64,000 bases of DNA, from IMG/VR virus record IMGVR_UViG_3300032267_001484; one strand, given 5' to 3'. Every line of letters begins with the position of its first letter. Position 1 is the stretch's first letter. The position numbers were made by a program, and so were the translations under genes. Origin of the DNA: a virus. Positions 28,594 to 38,899 of this stretch are shown here, one piece after another. Under the pieces are notes generated by a model. It was not told the DNA's origin. It was given only the letters and a program-made list of their open reading frames with translations, and did no database searches.

Positions 28594-30204
28594 TTACATT
28601 CCAAATGCTGACAAATCAACTTCTTCTTTCTTTTTATCTGTTGGTTTATCGTGAATTACACATTCCGTCATTAGAAGTGTAACGGCAGCTGCTGCTGCAT
28701 TCTCAAGTGCACAGCGTACTACTTTAGTTGGATCAATGATACCTGATTTAAAAGCATCTATTGTTCTATCCCCTACAATATCAGGGACAGCATTTTTTTC
28801 TTTTAGAATTGAAGCCCATTCATAATAATCCTCACCAGCATTAGTTAGAATTTTATTAAGTGGAGTAGAACATGCCTTATATACAATTTGTCCTCCTAAT
28901 CCAGAATCACTATTATCCCTATTAATAATAGCATTTTTAGCACTAAATAGGGCTACACCAGCACCTGGTACAATACCTTCTTCAAGAGCAGCTTTTGTTG
29001 CTTGGAGTGCATCATCAATGCGATCTTTTCTTTCTCTCATTTCAACCTCAGTACCTCCACCTACATTAATGATAGCTACACCACCAATAATTTTAGCAAG
29101 GCGATCTTGTAGACGTTCTACTTCATAAGGTGAATTATTAGTATCAATTTGTGCTTTTAATTCTTCAATACGAGCATCAATTTGTTCAGTTTCGCCTTTA
29201 CCATCAACAATAGTAGTTGTTTCTTTACCTACAGTGATAGTTCTAGCCTGACCAAACCAACTAGTACTGAACTTTTCTAGTTTCATTCCTTTTTGAGGTG
29301 AAACTACAGTACCACCAGTCACAATAGCAATGTCTTCTAAAACTAAAGTCCTACGCTCACCAAAGTCAGGAGCCTTAACAGCAGCTACTTTCAAAATACC
29401 CCTCATTTTATTTACAATGAGTGTTGAAAGTGCTTCACCATCGATATCCTCAGCAATAATAAGCAATGACTTATTTTCCTGTGATACACGCTCAAGAATA
29501 GGAAGTAAATCCTTTACAGTACTAATCCTACCATCAAACAATAAAATCAAGGAATCATTAAGAACAGCTTGCATTGTGTTATTATCGGTTACCATATAAG
29601 GCGATTTATAACCACGATCAAATTGAAGACCTTCTACTACTTCGAGTGACGTTTCACCTGAACGAGATTCTTCTACTGTTACTACTCCATCTCTTCCTAC
29701 TTTATCAATAGCTGTAGCTACTAATTCACCAATTTCAGTATCACCATTAGCTGAGAGTGTAGCAATTTGTCTGATTTGTTTTTCATCTGTAATATCTACA
29801 GATATTGTTTTTAATTCACTAACAATATTCTTAACAGCAGTCTCAATACCATATTTTACTTGAGTAACATTAACCGATGGTTTTGAGGTCAATTCAAGTG
29901 CTTGATTTGCAATACTATATGCTAACAACGTAGATGTAGTTGTACCATCACCTGCTTGATCAACTGTTTTTTGTGCTGCTTGTTTAATTACAGTTGCAGC
30001 CATATTTTCAATTGGATCTTCTAAAGTAATGGTTTTAGCAACTGTAACACCATCCTTAGTTGAGGCTACTTGCCCATGTTCTTTTTCAATCAATACATTA
30101 CGTCCAAAAGGACCCATAGTTACAGTTACGGCATCATGTACTTTCTTAATACCTTCCTGTAGTTTTTCTTTCGCGTCGCGATCAAATTTAATTATTTTAC
30201 TCAT
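28594..30204 (-). CDS. groEL: chaperonin GroEL
   Basis: TKDGVTVAK, GDGTTT, GLQFDRGY, AVKAPDFG, GIIDPTKV. Confidence 0.97.
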   Translation of the reverse strand: MSKIIKFDRDAKEKLQEGIKKVHDAVTVTMGPFGRNVLIEKEHGQVASTKDGVTVAKTITLEDPIENMAATVIKQAAQKTVDQAGDGTTTSTLLAYSIANQALELTSKPSVNVTQVKYGIETAVKNIVSELKTISVDITDEKQIRQIATLSANGDTEIGELVATAIDKVGRDGVVTVEESRSGETSLEVVEGLQFDRGYKSPYMVTDNNTMQAVLNDSLILLFDGRISTVKDLLPILERVSQENKSLLIIAEDIDGEALSTLIVNKMRGILKVAAVKAPDFGERRTLVLEDIAIVTGGTVVSPQKGMKLEKFSTSWFGQARTITVGKETTTIVDGKGETEQIDARIEELKAQIDTNNSPYEVERLQDRLAKIIGGVAIINVGGGTEVEMRERKDRIDDALQATKAALEEGIVPGAGVALFSAKNAIINRDNSDSGLGGQIVYKACSTPLNKILTNAGEDYYEWASILKEKNAVPDIVGDRTIDAFKSGIIDPTKVVRCALENAAAAAVTLLMTECVIHDKPTDKKKEEVDLSAFGM

Positions 30205-30207
30205 ATG

Positions 30208-30498
30208 TTATTTTTCTAAAACGGCCAATAAATCTTGTTCTTTCATTACAACGTATTCTTCACCTTCAACGGTCATTTTGGTTCCACCAAAGGCAGGAAA
30301 TACTACAATTTCACCTACTTTAATGCTAGTATCAATCCAAGTCCCTGTAACCGAATAAATCCCAGGTCCTACAGCTAGTACTTCACCCATAAGTGGTTTC
30401 TCTTTACCCATGTCAGGAACAATAATGTTCCCATACATTGTGTCTGTTTCATCTTGTTGTTTAATCACCACGTGATTATGCAATGGTATTATTTTCAT
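30208..30498 (-). CDS. groES: co-chaperonin GroES
   Basis: PLHNHV, GEVLAVGPG, EQDLLAV. Confidence 0.95.
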   Translation of the reverse strand: MKIIPLHNHVVIKQQDETDTMYGNIIVPDMGKEKPLMGEVLAVGPGIYSVTGTWIDTSIKVGEIVVFPAFGGTKMTVEGEEYVVMKEQDLLAVLEK

Positions 30499-30667
30499 TT
30501 TCTATATTTTGTTTATGTTTTAAAATTGCTTCCTCTAGTATTGATAAATCAAATTCAATCGGACCATATTCCTCCATTGAATCATCAAATACTACTTTAT
30601 TATCTACTAGTTTTAAATAAGCAATCCTATCCCAGTTTGCTTCTTTTCGTATAACTAATGTTTCCAT
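30476..30667 (-). CDS. hypothetical protein
   Basis: ORF after promoter-like TTTG-N19-TATCTTCA (30672-30702). Confidence 0.6.
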   Translation of the reverse strand: METLVIRKEANWDRIAYLKLVDNKVVFDDSMEEYGPIEFDLSILEEAILKHKQNIENENNTIA

Positions 30668-30672
30668 AAAAT

Positions 30673-31198
30673 GAAGATAATGACAGGTCTTCGATTTTCA
30701 AAACTTATTTAATTGTAACCTTTTTAGGTGCTTTTTCCTCTGCATAAGGAATATCTATAATAAGCAAGCCCTTATCCATATTAGCCTCTAGTTTATTTAA
30801 ATTAAGTTTAGAAGCTATCTTCCAAGCCAAATCAAAGGAGCGGCGAGCAATACCTCTTTGGAGATATTTGCCAATAGGCACTTCTTGATCTGGTCTTTCA
30901 TGTTTAATACGTAAAATATCGCTTTCTACTTGGATGTCGAGGTCCTCTTTATTAAGACCTACTACTGCGAGTTCGAATCGTAAACCTGTTTCTGTTTCGT
31001 AAATATCAACTGGGTAGTTGATTTTATTTTCAATTGTGTTAAATTTTGAGTTGCTGTCTAGGATGTTTTTCCAAACAACATCAAATGGATCAAATGTCCA
31101 ATTACTGTGGTAACTGTTTAGTTGTGTCATAGTTTTTGTTTTGTGCTTCCCTAAGGTAAGCGGTTAATTAATAATATGAAGACCTGTCATGTATCTTC
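30673..31198. repeat. inverted repeat pair (30673-30692 / 31178-31198) enclosing hsp20
   Basis: GAAGATA-ATGACAGGTCTTC versus reverse complement GAAGATACATGACAGGTCTTC: 20 matches, one bulge. Confidence 0.85.
30705..31130 (-). CDS. small heat-shock protein (Hsp20)
   Basis: NYPVDI, ELAVVG, RGIARRSF, MDKGLLII. Confidence 0.92.
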   Translation of the reverse strand: MTQLNSYHSNWTFDPFDVVWKNILDSNSKFNTIENKINYPVDIYETETGLRFELAVVGLNKEDLDIQVESDILRIKHERPDQEVPIGKYLQRGIARRSFDLAWKIASKLNLNKLEANMDKGLLIIDIPYAEEKAPKKVTIK

Positions 31199-31217
31199 GA
31201 TAATAAATATATACGGA

Positions 31218-31949
31218 TTAATCTTTGGGTGGGAGATAATATGTGCTTTTAATAAGACTTTCACTTGTAAATACTATCTTCAATATTCCATTTTCATCAA
31301 ACCAACCTGTTCCTTTATCACCCTTATTTTCGGTGAATATTTCAAACAGATAATTTGCATTATACTGGAATTTAGTTGATGGAATTGTAAATGAAGGGGC
31401 ATTAGTTTGGAAGCTAATCTTATCATCATGTGATGTTTTACCTCCTAATGTGAAATAAATGCCCTTATCACCGTCTTCATTAAATAGTGCTTGAAGTGTT
31501 ACCTCATCACTACCTAATGCTTTCTTTGCTTTATTATAGCGTTCAATAAATTCATTATCAATTTCAAATGAATAAATAAAGTCAATTTGGCTTTCATCTA
31601 GTACCATTGTTTCAATTGGTATCATTCTTAAATCAGCCAAATTGTAAGTTAAATCATATTCATTATCAGCAATGTGGAGTTTAGTTGAAATATCACCTTT
31701 ACTTTCAACATTCAATTGAATAAAGTGATTTGTGATGTTAACTAATTTAAGTAGTTTATTTGTGTCGTAGATACCTAAAACACAATCATCTATATCAATT
31801 CCTTCTGCTTCTACTATACCACATAAATCCATGGTAAGAGATGTAAATGGAATTTGTACTTTTTTATCTTTAATTATCCATTTTACTTTTTCGTGTATTC
31901 CACCTAAGTAATACTTTTCGATAACCGATGTGAGTAGTTGTTTGTCCAT
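31218..31949 (-). CDS. sliding clamp (gp45-like)
   Basis: LGIYDT..L motif, size, position between PolB and clamp loader. Confidence 0.7.
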   Translation of the reverse strand: MDKQLLTSVIEKYYLGGIHEKVKWIIKDKKVQIPFTSLTMDLCGIVEAEGIDIDDCVLGIYDTNKLLKLVNITNHFIQLNVESKGDISTKLHIADNEYDLTYNLADLRMIPIETMVLDESQIDFIYSFEIDNEFIERYNKAKKALGSDEVTLQALFNEDGDKGIYFTLGGKTSHDDKISFQTNAPSFTIPSTKFQYNANYLFEIFTENKGDKGTGWFDENGILKIVFTSESLIKSTYYLPPKD

Positions 31950-31950
31950 A

Positions 31951-32286
31951 TTATTTCCAAAATATTTGTAGTAAAACTATGATAAAAGCTAGGCCTAAAC
32001 AAGTAAGTGTTTTAGGTGTTGGATGTTCTTGAAATATAAGCCAACTCATTACTGTAAACACAATAACACCAATTCCAAAACCAATCAAACGACCAGGCCA
32101 ATTAGTATCGTAGTGTGAGTTAAACATTTTAGTTGTGTTAATTAAAATAAGAGATATAGGTAACCCCATTAACATCATTATGTATGGGTTTTCTTTTGGA
32201 AACTTCCATGCCATTTGTCCTTGTAATTGAACGAATGATAACACTTGAGCTAATGTTGCTAATAATAAAGCGTATATTATTTTCAT
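31951..32286 (-). CDS. four-TM membrane protein
   Basis: Hydrophobic helices, WPGRLIGF. Confidence 0.7.
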   Translation of the reverse strand: MKIIYALLLATLAQVLSFVQLQGQMAWKFPKENPYIMMLMGLPISLILINTTKMFNSHYDTNWPGRLIGFGIGVIVFTVMSWLIFQEHPTPKTLTCLGLAFIIVLLQIFWK

Positions 32287-34862
32287 TGTATAAATTTAAA
32301 GAATTTATTTACTTTTTCATTTAAACTGGGGAAATGCCATCCTAGGTCTTCATAAATAGATTTGAGTTTATTTAATAGTGCTGATTCAAATCCTTCTTCT
32401 CTGTCAGCAAATTTATCAATTAATTCAGTGATGAATTCAGGATCATTGCCTGTAAATCCAATTACATCAATTTTATATGGATTTTCTTTTAATTGAATGT
32501 ATTTCATTTTATCACCAGCAGTGAATAGAGGATATTGATTTTGTACTTGTTTGAATTTGAGTAGATCATTATAGTAAATAGCAGCTTTGGTATTAATAGG
32601 ACATTTTAATTTCAATGTGCTAAATATATTACCTGCTCTAGGAGATGATTTAATATACGATTCAATTTGCTTTACTCCTGTAGGTTTAGCTATTTCCTCT
32701 ATAGATAATGTTTTAACATGTTTTTTAAAATTAATTATCTTTTGATCAATTTCTAATTTAGGTTTACCAAACATAATATCTTTAATTAGATTTTCTCCAA
32801 ATTCACTATACAGTGGAGTCATATTTGATTTCATCAAATCCAACCCTTTCATATCTAATTCATCAACAGTAACACCTTCTTTATTTACAATATACATTGC
32901 ATAACGACGTTTACCTGCAAAGTATCCCCTTTCAATAATTACCTCTTGCTTTAATTCGAAGTAATGATCACGTTTACCTACATTAAAATAATTTCTAGTT
33001 ATACGATCAATGTTATCGTTTGCTGCTTTTTGTATTTCAGTAGTGATTTCTAATGTTGCTTTAATATATTCATCCTTGGTTTTAGTTTCAGGATAACGTT
33101 GTAATACTAAATCTTTAACTTGAATGAATAATGAATCTGTATCTGAGGTGACAACGTAGTCTTTATCTTCGGTACCTAATTGTTTATTCATCCAATCATT
33201 ACAGAATTTAATTGATTCTTGAGTTACACGCTGTCCTGTTAATGTAATGGCTTTAGATATCATTTTATGACCATCTGTATAACGCCATCCATTAATAGCA
33301 TAACAACCATAGACGTCATTCAATTTAATTTTGTAAGCATGTTGTCGTCTATTGTAGAATTCACCTTTAACAGCATCACCTGATTTATATGCTTTTTTCA
33401 TCAGGTTTTTATATTCAACACGTTTATTAAACCAATCAGTTAATACTTCACATACTACTGATGATTTATCTGTTCTAAACATAGCACCAGAAGCAGCAAT
33501 TAACCAATTATTTTCTTCGATTAGAGCAATTAATGTTCCTACTTTTACTTGTGCTTGTTGAGTAGTTTGTTTTGATGTTAGTTTTTCAATAGTAATTACT
33601 TCTTCAGGATTCATTTGTTTGAGATCCTCTAATGACCAACTATTATCGTATTTATCTTTATTTACAATACGACCAACAAATGTTTCAATACCAATATTAA
33701 GTGATCTAATAATTGAAGGATACAATGAAGTAAAATCCAAATCAATAACCCATTCATATAATCCAGGTACAGGATCTTTAAGATAACCACCAGCATATTC
33801 TTCATGTGCATCTTTAAGTGCTGGGTTTATAGTTGTAGGTTTATTTGGTGAAACTATACCTTGACGTTTTAAATAAGTAAGGATAGCTCCATCATTCAAT
33901 ACAGTTGATAAGTAAATTTGTTCATAAGGTACATGACACAAATGACAAATAGCAACTGTTAGTTCAATGAATTTAAATTTCTTCTCTAATTCAATGATAA
34001 TTTCTACGTCGCGAAGGTTATATTCGATAAATTTATTTACATCTTCTCTAAATAATCTATCCAAATTACCTTCATAATCTACTTTACCTAATTTAACGTA
34101 TTTGGTTCCTATATCACCTAACTTATAAGATGGTTCGTTTTTAGGATTATATTTTTTATACAGTAGTAGATAATCAAGATGATTAATGCCCCCAATTTCA
34201 ATTGGTTGACTTTGATCCCATTCAGTAAATTTAAATTTACGAATTGGAGATAAACGAGCAGCTTCATCTGTTCCTAATACATTACATAATCTGTAATACA
34301 AATAAGGTACATCAAAGAAACCACTATTCCATCCTGTAATGATAGTTGGATCAACAGATTCCCATAGTTCAAGGAATAGTGATAATAGTTCCTCTTCACT
34401 ACTACAAGGTACTACTTGTCTATTATCTTCCTTTATAGATTGTAATTGTTTCTTTTCATCTAATATAAGACAATAATATACTTTAGATGTAGCATCATAT
34501 AATGCTATTGATGTAATCTTTTTAGGAGCAGATTTAATATACTCTGAAGTTAAGGCTCCACCAATTTCACACTCAATATCGAAATAAACTACATTTTGCC
34601 ATTCAGGAGTATCATCAGTATCTTTGTATTTATCAATTAATACTGCTGTATAGCGATCAATATCATACTCATATAGTGAAGTATCGTTCCATTCATATTT
34701 AGTAGTTAATTTTGCTCGCTTACCATCTAATGTAGGAAGATCACCAGTATTGCTTATTTGATAACGAGGAATAGTGTATTTAAATTCACTCCATCCTGTT
34801 TTATCATCACGTAGATGGAAACTGTAATTAGGTTTACCGTCGTAAAATATTGCTTGATACAT
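32283..34862 (-). CDS. family B DNA polymerase
   Basis: FDIECE exonuclease motif, DFTSLYPSII, KIKLNDVYG, SDTDS, KRRY. Confidence 0.97.
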   Translation of the reverse strand: MYQAIFYDGKPNYSFHLRDDKTGWSEFKYTIPRYQISNTGDLPTLDGKRAKLTTKYEWNDTSLYEYDIDRYTAVLIDKYKDTDDTPEWQNVVYFDIECEIGGALTSEYIKSAPKKITSIALYDATSKVYYCLILDEKKQLQSIKEDNRQVVPCSSEEELLSLFLELWESVDPTIITGWNSGFFDVPYLYYRLCNVLGTDEAARLSPIRKFKFTEWDQSQPIEIGGINHLDYLLLYKKYNPKNEPSYKLGDIGTKYVKLGKVDYEGNLDRLFREDVNKFIEYNLRDVEIIIELEKKFKFIELTVAICHLCHVPYEQIYLSTVLNDGAILTYLKRQGIVSPNKPTTINPALKDAHEEYAGGYLKDPVPGLYEWVIDLDFTSLYPSIIRSLNIGIETFVGRIVNKDKYDNSWSLEDLKQMNPEEVITIEKLTSKQTTQQAQVKVGTLIALIEENNWLIAASGAMFRTDKSSVVCEVLTDWFNKRVEYKNLMKKAYKSGDAVKGEFYNRRQHAYKIKLNDVYGCYAINGWRYTDGHKMISKAITLTGQRVTQESIKFCNDWMNKQLGTEDKDYVVTSDTDSLFIQVKDLVLQRYPETKTKDEYIKATLEITTEIQKAANDNIDRITRNYFNVGKRDHYFELKQEVIIERGYFAGKRRYAMYIVNKEGVTVDELDMKGLDLMKSNMTPLYSEFGENLIKDIMFGKPKLEIDQKIINFKKHVKTLSIEEIAKPTGVKQIESYIKSSPRAGNIFSTLKLKCPINTKAAIYYNDLLKFKQVQNQYPLFTAGDKMKYIQLKENPYKIDVIGFTGNDPEFITELIDKFADREEGFESALLNKLKSIYEDLGWHFPSLNEKVNKFFKFIQ

Positions 34863-34900
34863 ACTTAAATGTAAGATGGGGGTTTTGACACCCCCATTTT

Positions 34901-35437
34901 TTATAATGAACTTCTCTGTTTATCATTTTGCCATTGCCCGTCGTACTTATCTGCAGGATCACATTCGTGGAAATAGATTTGTGCTACACGAGCATCTTTT
35001 TCGATGAAAATCGTTTCATGTACATAAAGTAAAGTACCCATATTTTGGGTTTCAAATCCAGGGTCAAAAACAGGGCTATTTATGATGGCACCATTACGGT
35101 ACAGAGAAGATCGTTGTTTAATAAATGCTACTCTATTATCGGGAATTTTACATCCTTCATTAAATGTAATATCATGTACACCTTTATAAAGTAACCATCC
35201 TTCAGCACCGTCTAAATTGATAGTATCAATAGGAGCATAAGTAGTTAATTCAGTTTTATCCTTAAGTACCTTACCTATTTTACCATCTTTAGACACATTG
35301 TAAGGATTATTCGATATGCTAATACCCACTCGTTGTACTGCTTTAAGTGATAAATCATAACCAACTTGTGCTGGTTTGCCTTTTGTGTTTTCTAGAAGGA
35401 GTAAACCTTCATCAATAATTTGTTTTGCGTTTAACAT
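34901..35437 (-). CDS. dCTP deaminase / trimeric dUTPase family
   Basis: GYDL, RSSLYRNG, FDPGF, RVAQ, YDGQWQ. Confidence 0.85.
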   Translation of the reverse strand: MLNAKQIIDEGLLLLENTKGKPAQVGYDLSLKAVQRVGISISNNPYNVSKDGKIGKVLKDKTELTTYAPIDTINLDGAEGWLLYKGVHDITFNEGCKIPDNRVAFIKQRSSLYRNGAIINSPVFDPGFETQNMGTLLYVHETIFIEKDARVAQIYFHECDPADKYDGQWQNDKQRSSL

Positions 35438-35449
35438 AATATAAATTTA

Positions 35450-35611
35450 TTAAAATTCTTCTGCTATTCCAAGTACTTCTGCTAATATCAATAATGTACC
35501 AGTGATCACAAATTCGCCTTTAATCGTAGCAACTCCTGCTACTATTCGAAGACATGATTTAAAAAGACTAATTTTAAAATGCCAATTTGTTTTACTTTCC
35601 TTTGGTTGCAT
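35450..35611 (-). CDS. small membrane protein (53 aa)
   Basis: MQPKESKTNWHFKISLFKSCLRIVAG...AEVLGIAEEF; not in ORF track. Confidence 0.7.
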   Translation of the reverse strand: MQPKESKTNWHFKISLFKSCLRIVAGVATIKGEFVITGTLLILAEVLGIAEEF

Positions 35612-35993
35612 AGTCTGCTATTGTTTTTGAATCTTTTTGTTCCCACGGATAAACTATCCATTTATCTTCAGGTACTAAACTATAATAAAAATCAGGTTTA
35701 GTAATAGCTGATTGTTTGTGATGAATAGTAGCTGTAAAACATTTATATTTTTGGGTTTCAAATATTGTTTTTCCACTATCACATATATCATCTACTACTA
35801 ACATACTATTATCTAGTACTCCATTAGTAACTAACGGAATGTTAAGTTTGTGAGAAAGAAGCACAGCGGGGATTAAACCCCCACGCTGTATTCCTTTGAT
35901 ATATGATGGTTTAAAACTACTAGTTCTAATTTGATGTGCTAGATTCTCAACAGCATTATCAATATCATCCCAACTTAAAAATATCTTTTCCAT
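35592..35993 (-). CDS. purine phosphoribosyltransferase (Gpt-like)
   Basis: GIQRGGLIPA, LVVDDICDSGKT, WIVYPWE. Confidence 0.9.
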   Translation of the reverse strand: MEKIFLSWDDIDNAVENLAHQIRTSSFKPSYIKGIQRGGLIPAVLLSHKLNIPLVTNGVLDNSMLVVDDICDSGKTIFETQKYKCFTATIHHKQSAITKPDFYYSLVPEDKWIVYPWEQKDSKTIADYATKGK

Positions 35994-36628
35994 TATCTAA
36001 ATTTAGCTCCGTTTACTTCAATTGCATGTAAAAATTCCTCACGAATTAAATTATCCTTTTCCATAAACACACCACTAAATTTATTTGTAGTCATTACAGA
36101 TGGATGTTTAATACCTCTATGTGAGCAACAAGTGTGTTTACAAGCAATACTAACTGCTACTGAGGGGCAATCCATTTTAGTAGCCAGATAATCATGAATC
36201 TGCTGTGTAAGTGATTCTTGCATTTGTGGTCTACGAGAAAACCACTCAACAATACGATTTAATTTACTCAATCCAATTACATTTTCGCCTGGTACATAAG
36301 CAACAGTTGCAAATCCAGTAAATGCAAGGTTGTGATGTGCACACATGCTAACGATAGGAATGCCTGATTGGATTACTAATCCATCATAATGATCATCATT
36401 AGGGAATACTGTGATATTAGGTTCATTAGTAATTGATCCTACAATAAGATCTTTTAACCATGCTTTAGCTACACGACGAGGTGTATCTACTGTTTGTCTA
36501 TCTGCTTGATAATCAAATCCTACTGCAGTAAGAAACTGAGCATATGCTTCAGATGCTTTTTCTATCATTTGCTCGATTTCTTCTGGTGTACGAGCGAGGC
36601 TACCGTTTGATTTCTTTAATAGTTCCAT
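35993..36628 (-). CDS. folE: GTP cyclohydrolase I
   Basis: TPRRVA, SMCAHH, GLSKLNR, RPQMQE, HTCCSHRG. Confidence 0.95.
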   Translation of the reverse strand: MELLKKSNGSLARTPEEIEQMIEKASEAYAQFLTAVGFDYQADRQTVDTPRRVAKAWLKDLIVGSITNEPNITVFPNDDHYDGLVIQSGIPIVSMCAHHNLAFTGFATVAYVPGENVIGLSKLNRIVEWFSRRPQMQESLTQQIHDYLATKMDCPSVAVSIACKHTCCSHRGIKHPSVMTTNKFSGVFMEKDNLIREEFLHAIEVNGAKFR

Positions 36629-36631
36629 ATT

Positions 36632-36892
36632 TTATTTTTTCGATTGCCAATATAATTCTCTTACTTTGCCCCCCAACTCAAAATCATTAGGTGTATTTGC
36701 TATTATATCTTCACCTACACACACTAATTGTGTTGGTTCATAATTAACAGTTGTAGGTATATTAGTATAGCAACTATAACATAATTGTCCTGCTCCTTCA
36801 ATATAGCCTACTCTATAGTCGATGTGTGTTTCAAAATCATAAGCGGTTTCTCCACCGCACATTATACATTTATCTTTTGCCATATTATACAT
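36632..36892 (-). CDS. small Zn-binding hypothetical protein
   Basis: CIMC...YIEGAGQLCYSC. Confidence 0.7.
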   Translation of the reverse strand: MYNMAKDKCIMCGGETAYDFETHIDYRVGYIEGAGQLCYSCYTNIPTTVNYEPTQLVCVGEDIIANTPNDFELGGKVRELYWQSKK

Positions 36893-37760
36893 TTAGTGTT
36901 TTATTCCAAGCAGCAATGTGCAAACGAGTTAATCCTCTAAATTTATACTTTTTAGCCATTTCAAGAACAAATTGAGTACGTTCTTCAAAGTTAGCTACAT
37001 CATCTAATCCTGGCATGCAAACCACGTTGGAAAAAGGTATGCTAAATGGTACGACAAAATCACGGAATAATTCTTGAACATCTTCTTCATTAGATATAAC
37101 AAATTTAAATTGATAAGTTCTATAACTGTTCATTATTTTCTTAATCGCTTCTGGGACAATGCGTTGTTTTTCAGTCATTCCGGAATTTGATAACTTAGGA
37201 GAGCAGTTAATCTGATCTATGTAGACTCTAAGTTCATCGGTAATTTCAATAGTTCCGTTCGTTTCTATTTCACTGTAAGCAGTAACAGCATCTGTATAGA
37301 TTAAACCTCCGGATAAAACTTTTTTAACAGAAGGATCTACTAATTTCCAATATCTAAAGAAATTAACAATTGCTTCTTGATGTCCTTTAATTGTCGGTTC
37401 ACCGCCAGTCCAAATAATGTGAATAGTACCATTTTTAATATCTTCATAGATACCTTCTTCTTTCCATCTATCAATTAGATATTGGAATTCTTTATTTTCA
37501 CCTCTCCATAGCCATTGACTTGTAGAATCACAAGTCCAGGTTGCTTTACCTTCTTTAACTAAATCACCTTCAAATATTTCTCCGTCTTCTAGTGATTGTT
37601 CTTTCATTAGTTGATTTGCAAATTGACGGCTCATTCCGCAAGTCAAGTTACAAATACCTAAACGAACAAAGTAAGAGGGCACTCCAGAGGAGATACCCTC
37701 ACCTTGGACAGAGTAGAAGTCAGAACTTATAAGTAGTTTGTTAGGATCTATTTTACTCAT
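36885..37760 (-). CDS. queE: 7-carboxy-7-deazaguanine synthase (radical SAM)
   Basis: FYSVQGEG, FVRLGICN, TGGEP, ETNG, SPKL, FKFV, RLH. Confidence 0.92.
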   Translation of the reverse strand: MSKIDPNKLLISSDFYSVQGEGISSGVPSYFVRLGICNLTCGMSRQFANQLMKEQSLEDGEIFEGDLVKEGKATWTCDSTSQWLWRGENKEFQYLIDRWKEEGIYEDIKNGTIHIIWTGGEPTIKGHQEAIVNFFRYWKLVDPSVKKVLSGGLIYTDAVTAYSEIETNGTIEITDELRVYIDQINCSPKLSNSGMTEKQRIVPEAIKKIMNSYRTYQFKFVISNEEDVQELFRDFVVPFSIPFSNVVCMPGLDDVANFEERTQFVLEMAKKYKFRGLTRLHIAAWNKTLNV

Positions 37761-37882
37761 TTTAATAATGTTTTTATGTAAGTAAATATAGGATTAAAAT
37801 TTTGCCAATCAAATATTACTGATGCAATACTTAAATGCTTTTCTCCACATAATCCTAAAATATGTTGTATTTCGTGAATCAT
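37757..37882 (-). CDS. small protein (41 aa)
   Basis: MIHEIQHILGLCGEKH...; ATGA overlap with queE; contains a promoter at 37783-37813. Confidence 0.55.
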   Translation of the reverse strand: MIHEIQHILGLCGEKHLSIASVIFDWQNFNPIFTYIKTLLK

Positions 37883-38130
37883 TTTTTTCTATTTTTATAC
37901 CATACTGTACCTGCAGTTCCTAAAAAAGCACCTATAACAGCAGCTGGTACTAATGATTTGTCTTCAACATATGAAGTAGTGATAAAAGCACTTACTACAA
38001 TAATAGCTGCTGACCAAATGCCTGCTGCTATTGCTTTGTTTTCTCCTACTTTAATAAAGTAATAAGTCCAGCATATGTCAGCTATAATCATAGCTAACAT
38101 TACTAGAATAAATTGTATTGGATAAATCAT
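37879..38130 (-). CDS. three-TM membrane protein
   Basis: Hydrophobic helices. Confidence 0.7.
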   Translation of the reverse strand: MIYPIQFILVMLAMIIADICWTYYFIKVGENKAIAAGIWSAAIIVVSAFITTSYVEDKSLVPAAVIGAFLGTAGTVWYKNRKK

Positions 38131-38150
38131 AAAATTAAATTTAAATTAAA

Positions 38151-38180
38151 ATGTCCCCCTGCCATTAAGCAGAGGGACAT
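38151..38180 (-). terminator. intrinsic terminator
   Basis: ATGTCCC/GGGACAT stem with inner CTGC/GCAG, T-rich tail. Confidence 0.65.
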
Positions 38181-38188
38181 TGGGTGAA

Positions 38189-38425
38189 TTAACCTTTAGT
38201 CAACTCGGTGTTCTTGGTACGACGGCGAGTCAAATTGTACATTGCATTAGCAATAGTGTCAGTTACCTTTCGAGTACCACTAGTTACATTTGAAATGTGA
38301 CTTTCAGAATAACCAGTTGTTTCTGCAAGACGGGTGTTGTCACCTTGACGTCTACGAGCTTTGTAAAAGGCCAACTTTGCTGTGCGATTCAATTTGTTTG
38401 CACGAACGTTTGTTTGATAACTCAT
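38189..38425 (-). CDS. basic HTH DNA-binding protein
   Basis: LAETTGYSESHISNV HTH; own TATATTTA element and terminator. Confidence 0.7.
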   Translation of the reverse strand: MSYQTNVRANKLNRTAKLAFYKARRRQGDNTRLAETTGYSESHISNVTSGTRKVTDTIANAMYNLTRRRTKNTELTKG

Positions 38426-38476
38426 AACTACTATATTGGGTTTTTGATTACGATTTATAGAGTAAATATACAATCT

Positions 38477-38899
38477 TTACTTTGCCAAATAATCTTCTAT
38501 TTTAATATTTAAGTAATGGAATTCACGATGGCAATTAGAACATAAAGGGATACACTTTTTTAATTCTAATTTAGTTACATTTATTCCTCTTATTGATGTG
38601 CCTACACTAAAATCTTTTTTAGTAGGATCTAAATGATGAGCATCAATAACATAATATCTTTTATCTCCACATTTAGCACATCCTTGAGATTTCCATTCAT
38701 CAATAGCGTTTTTGCGTCTTGCTGAGTGGGTTTTACTTTGTTCTTTCCATTTGTCTTTATGTTGCTGTCTATAATTTTCTGTTCTAACAGCAGTACATTT
38801 TTTACAAACACTTAAATATCGGTTTCTGCTTTTATCAAACGGAAACTCATTTAATTCTTTATTTGATTTACAATCGATACAATGTTTTAGGGTATTCAT
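38477..38899 (-). mobile_element. free-standing HNH homing endonuclease
   Basis: CxxC zinc fingers, DAHHLDP...CIPLCSNCHREFH. Confidence 0.85.

Noticed and set aside
30660-31215. CIRCE/HrcA operator at the chaperone genes
   Set aside because: TTAGCACTC-N9-GAGTGCTAA is not present
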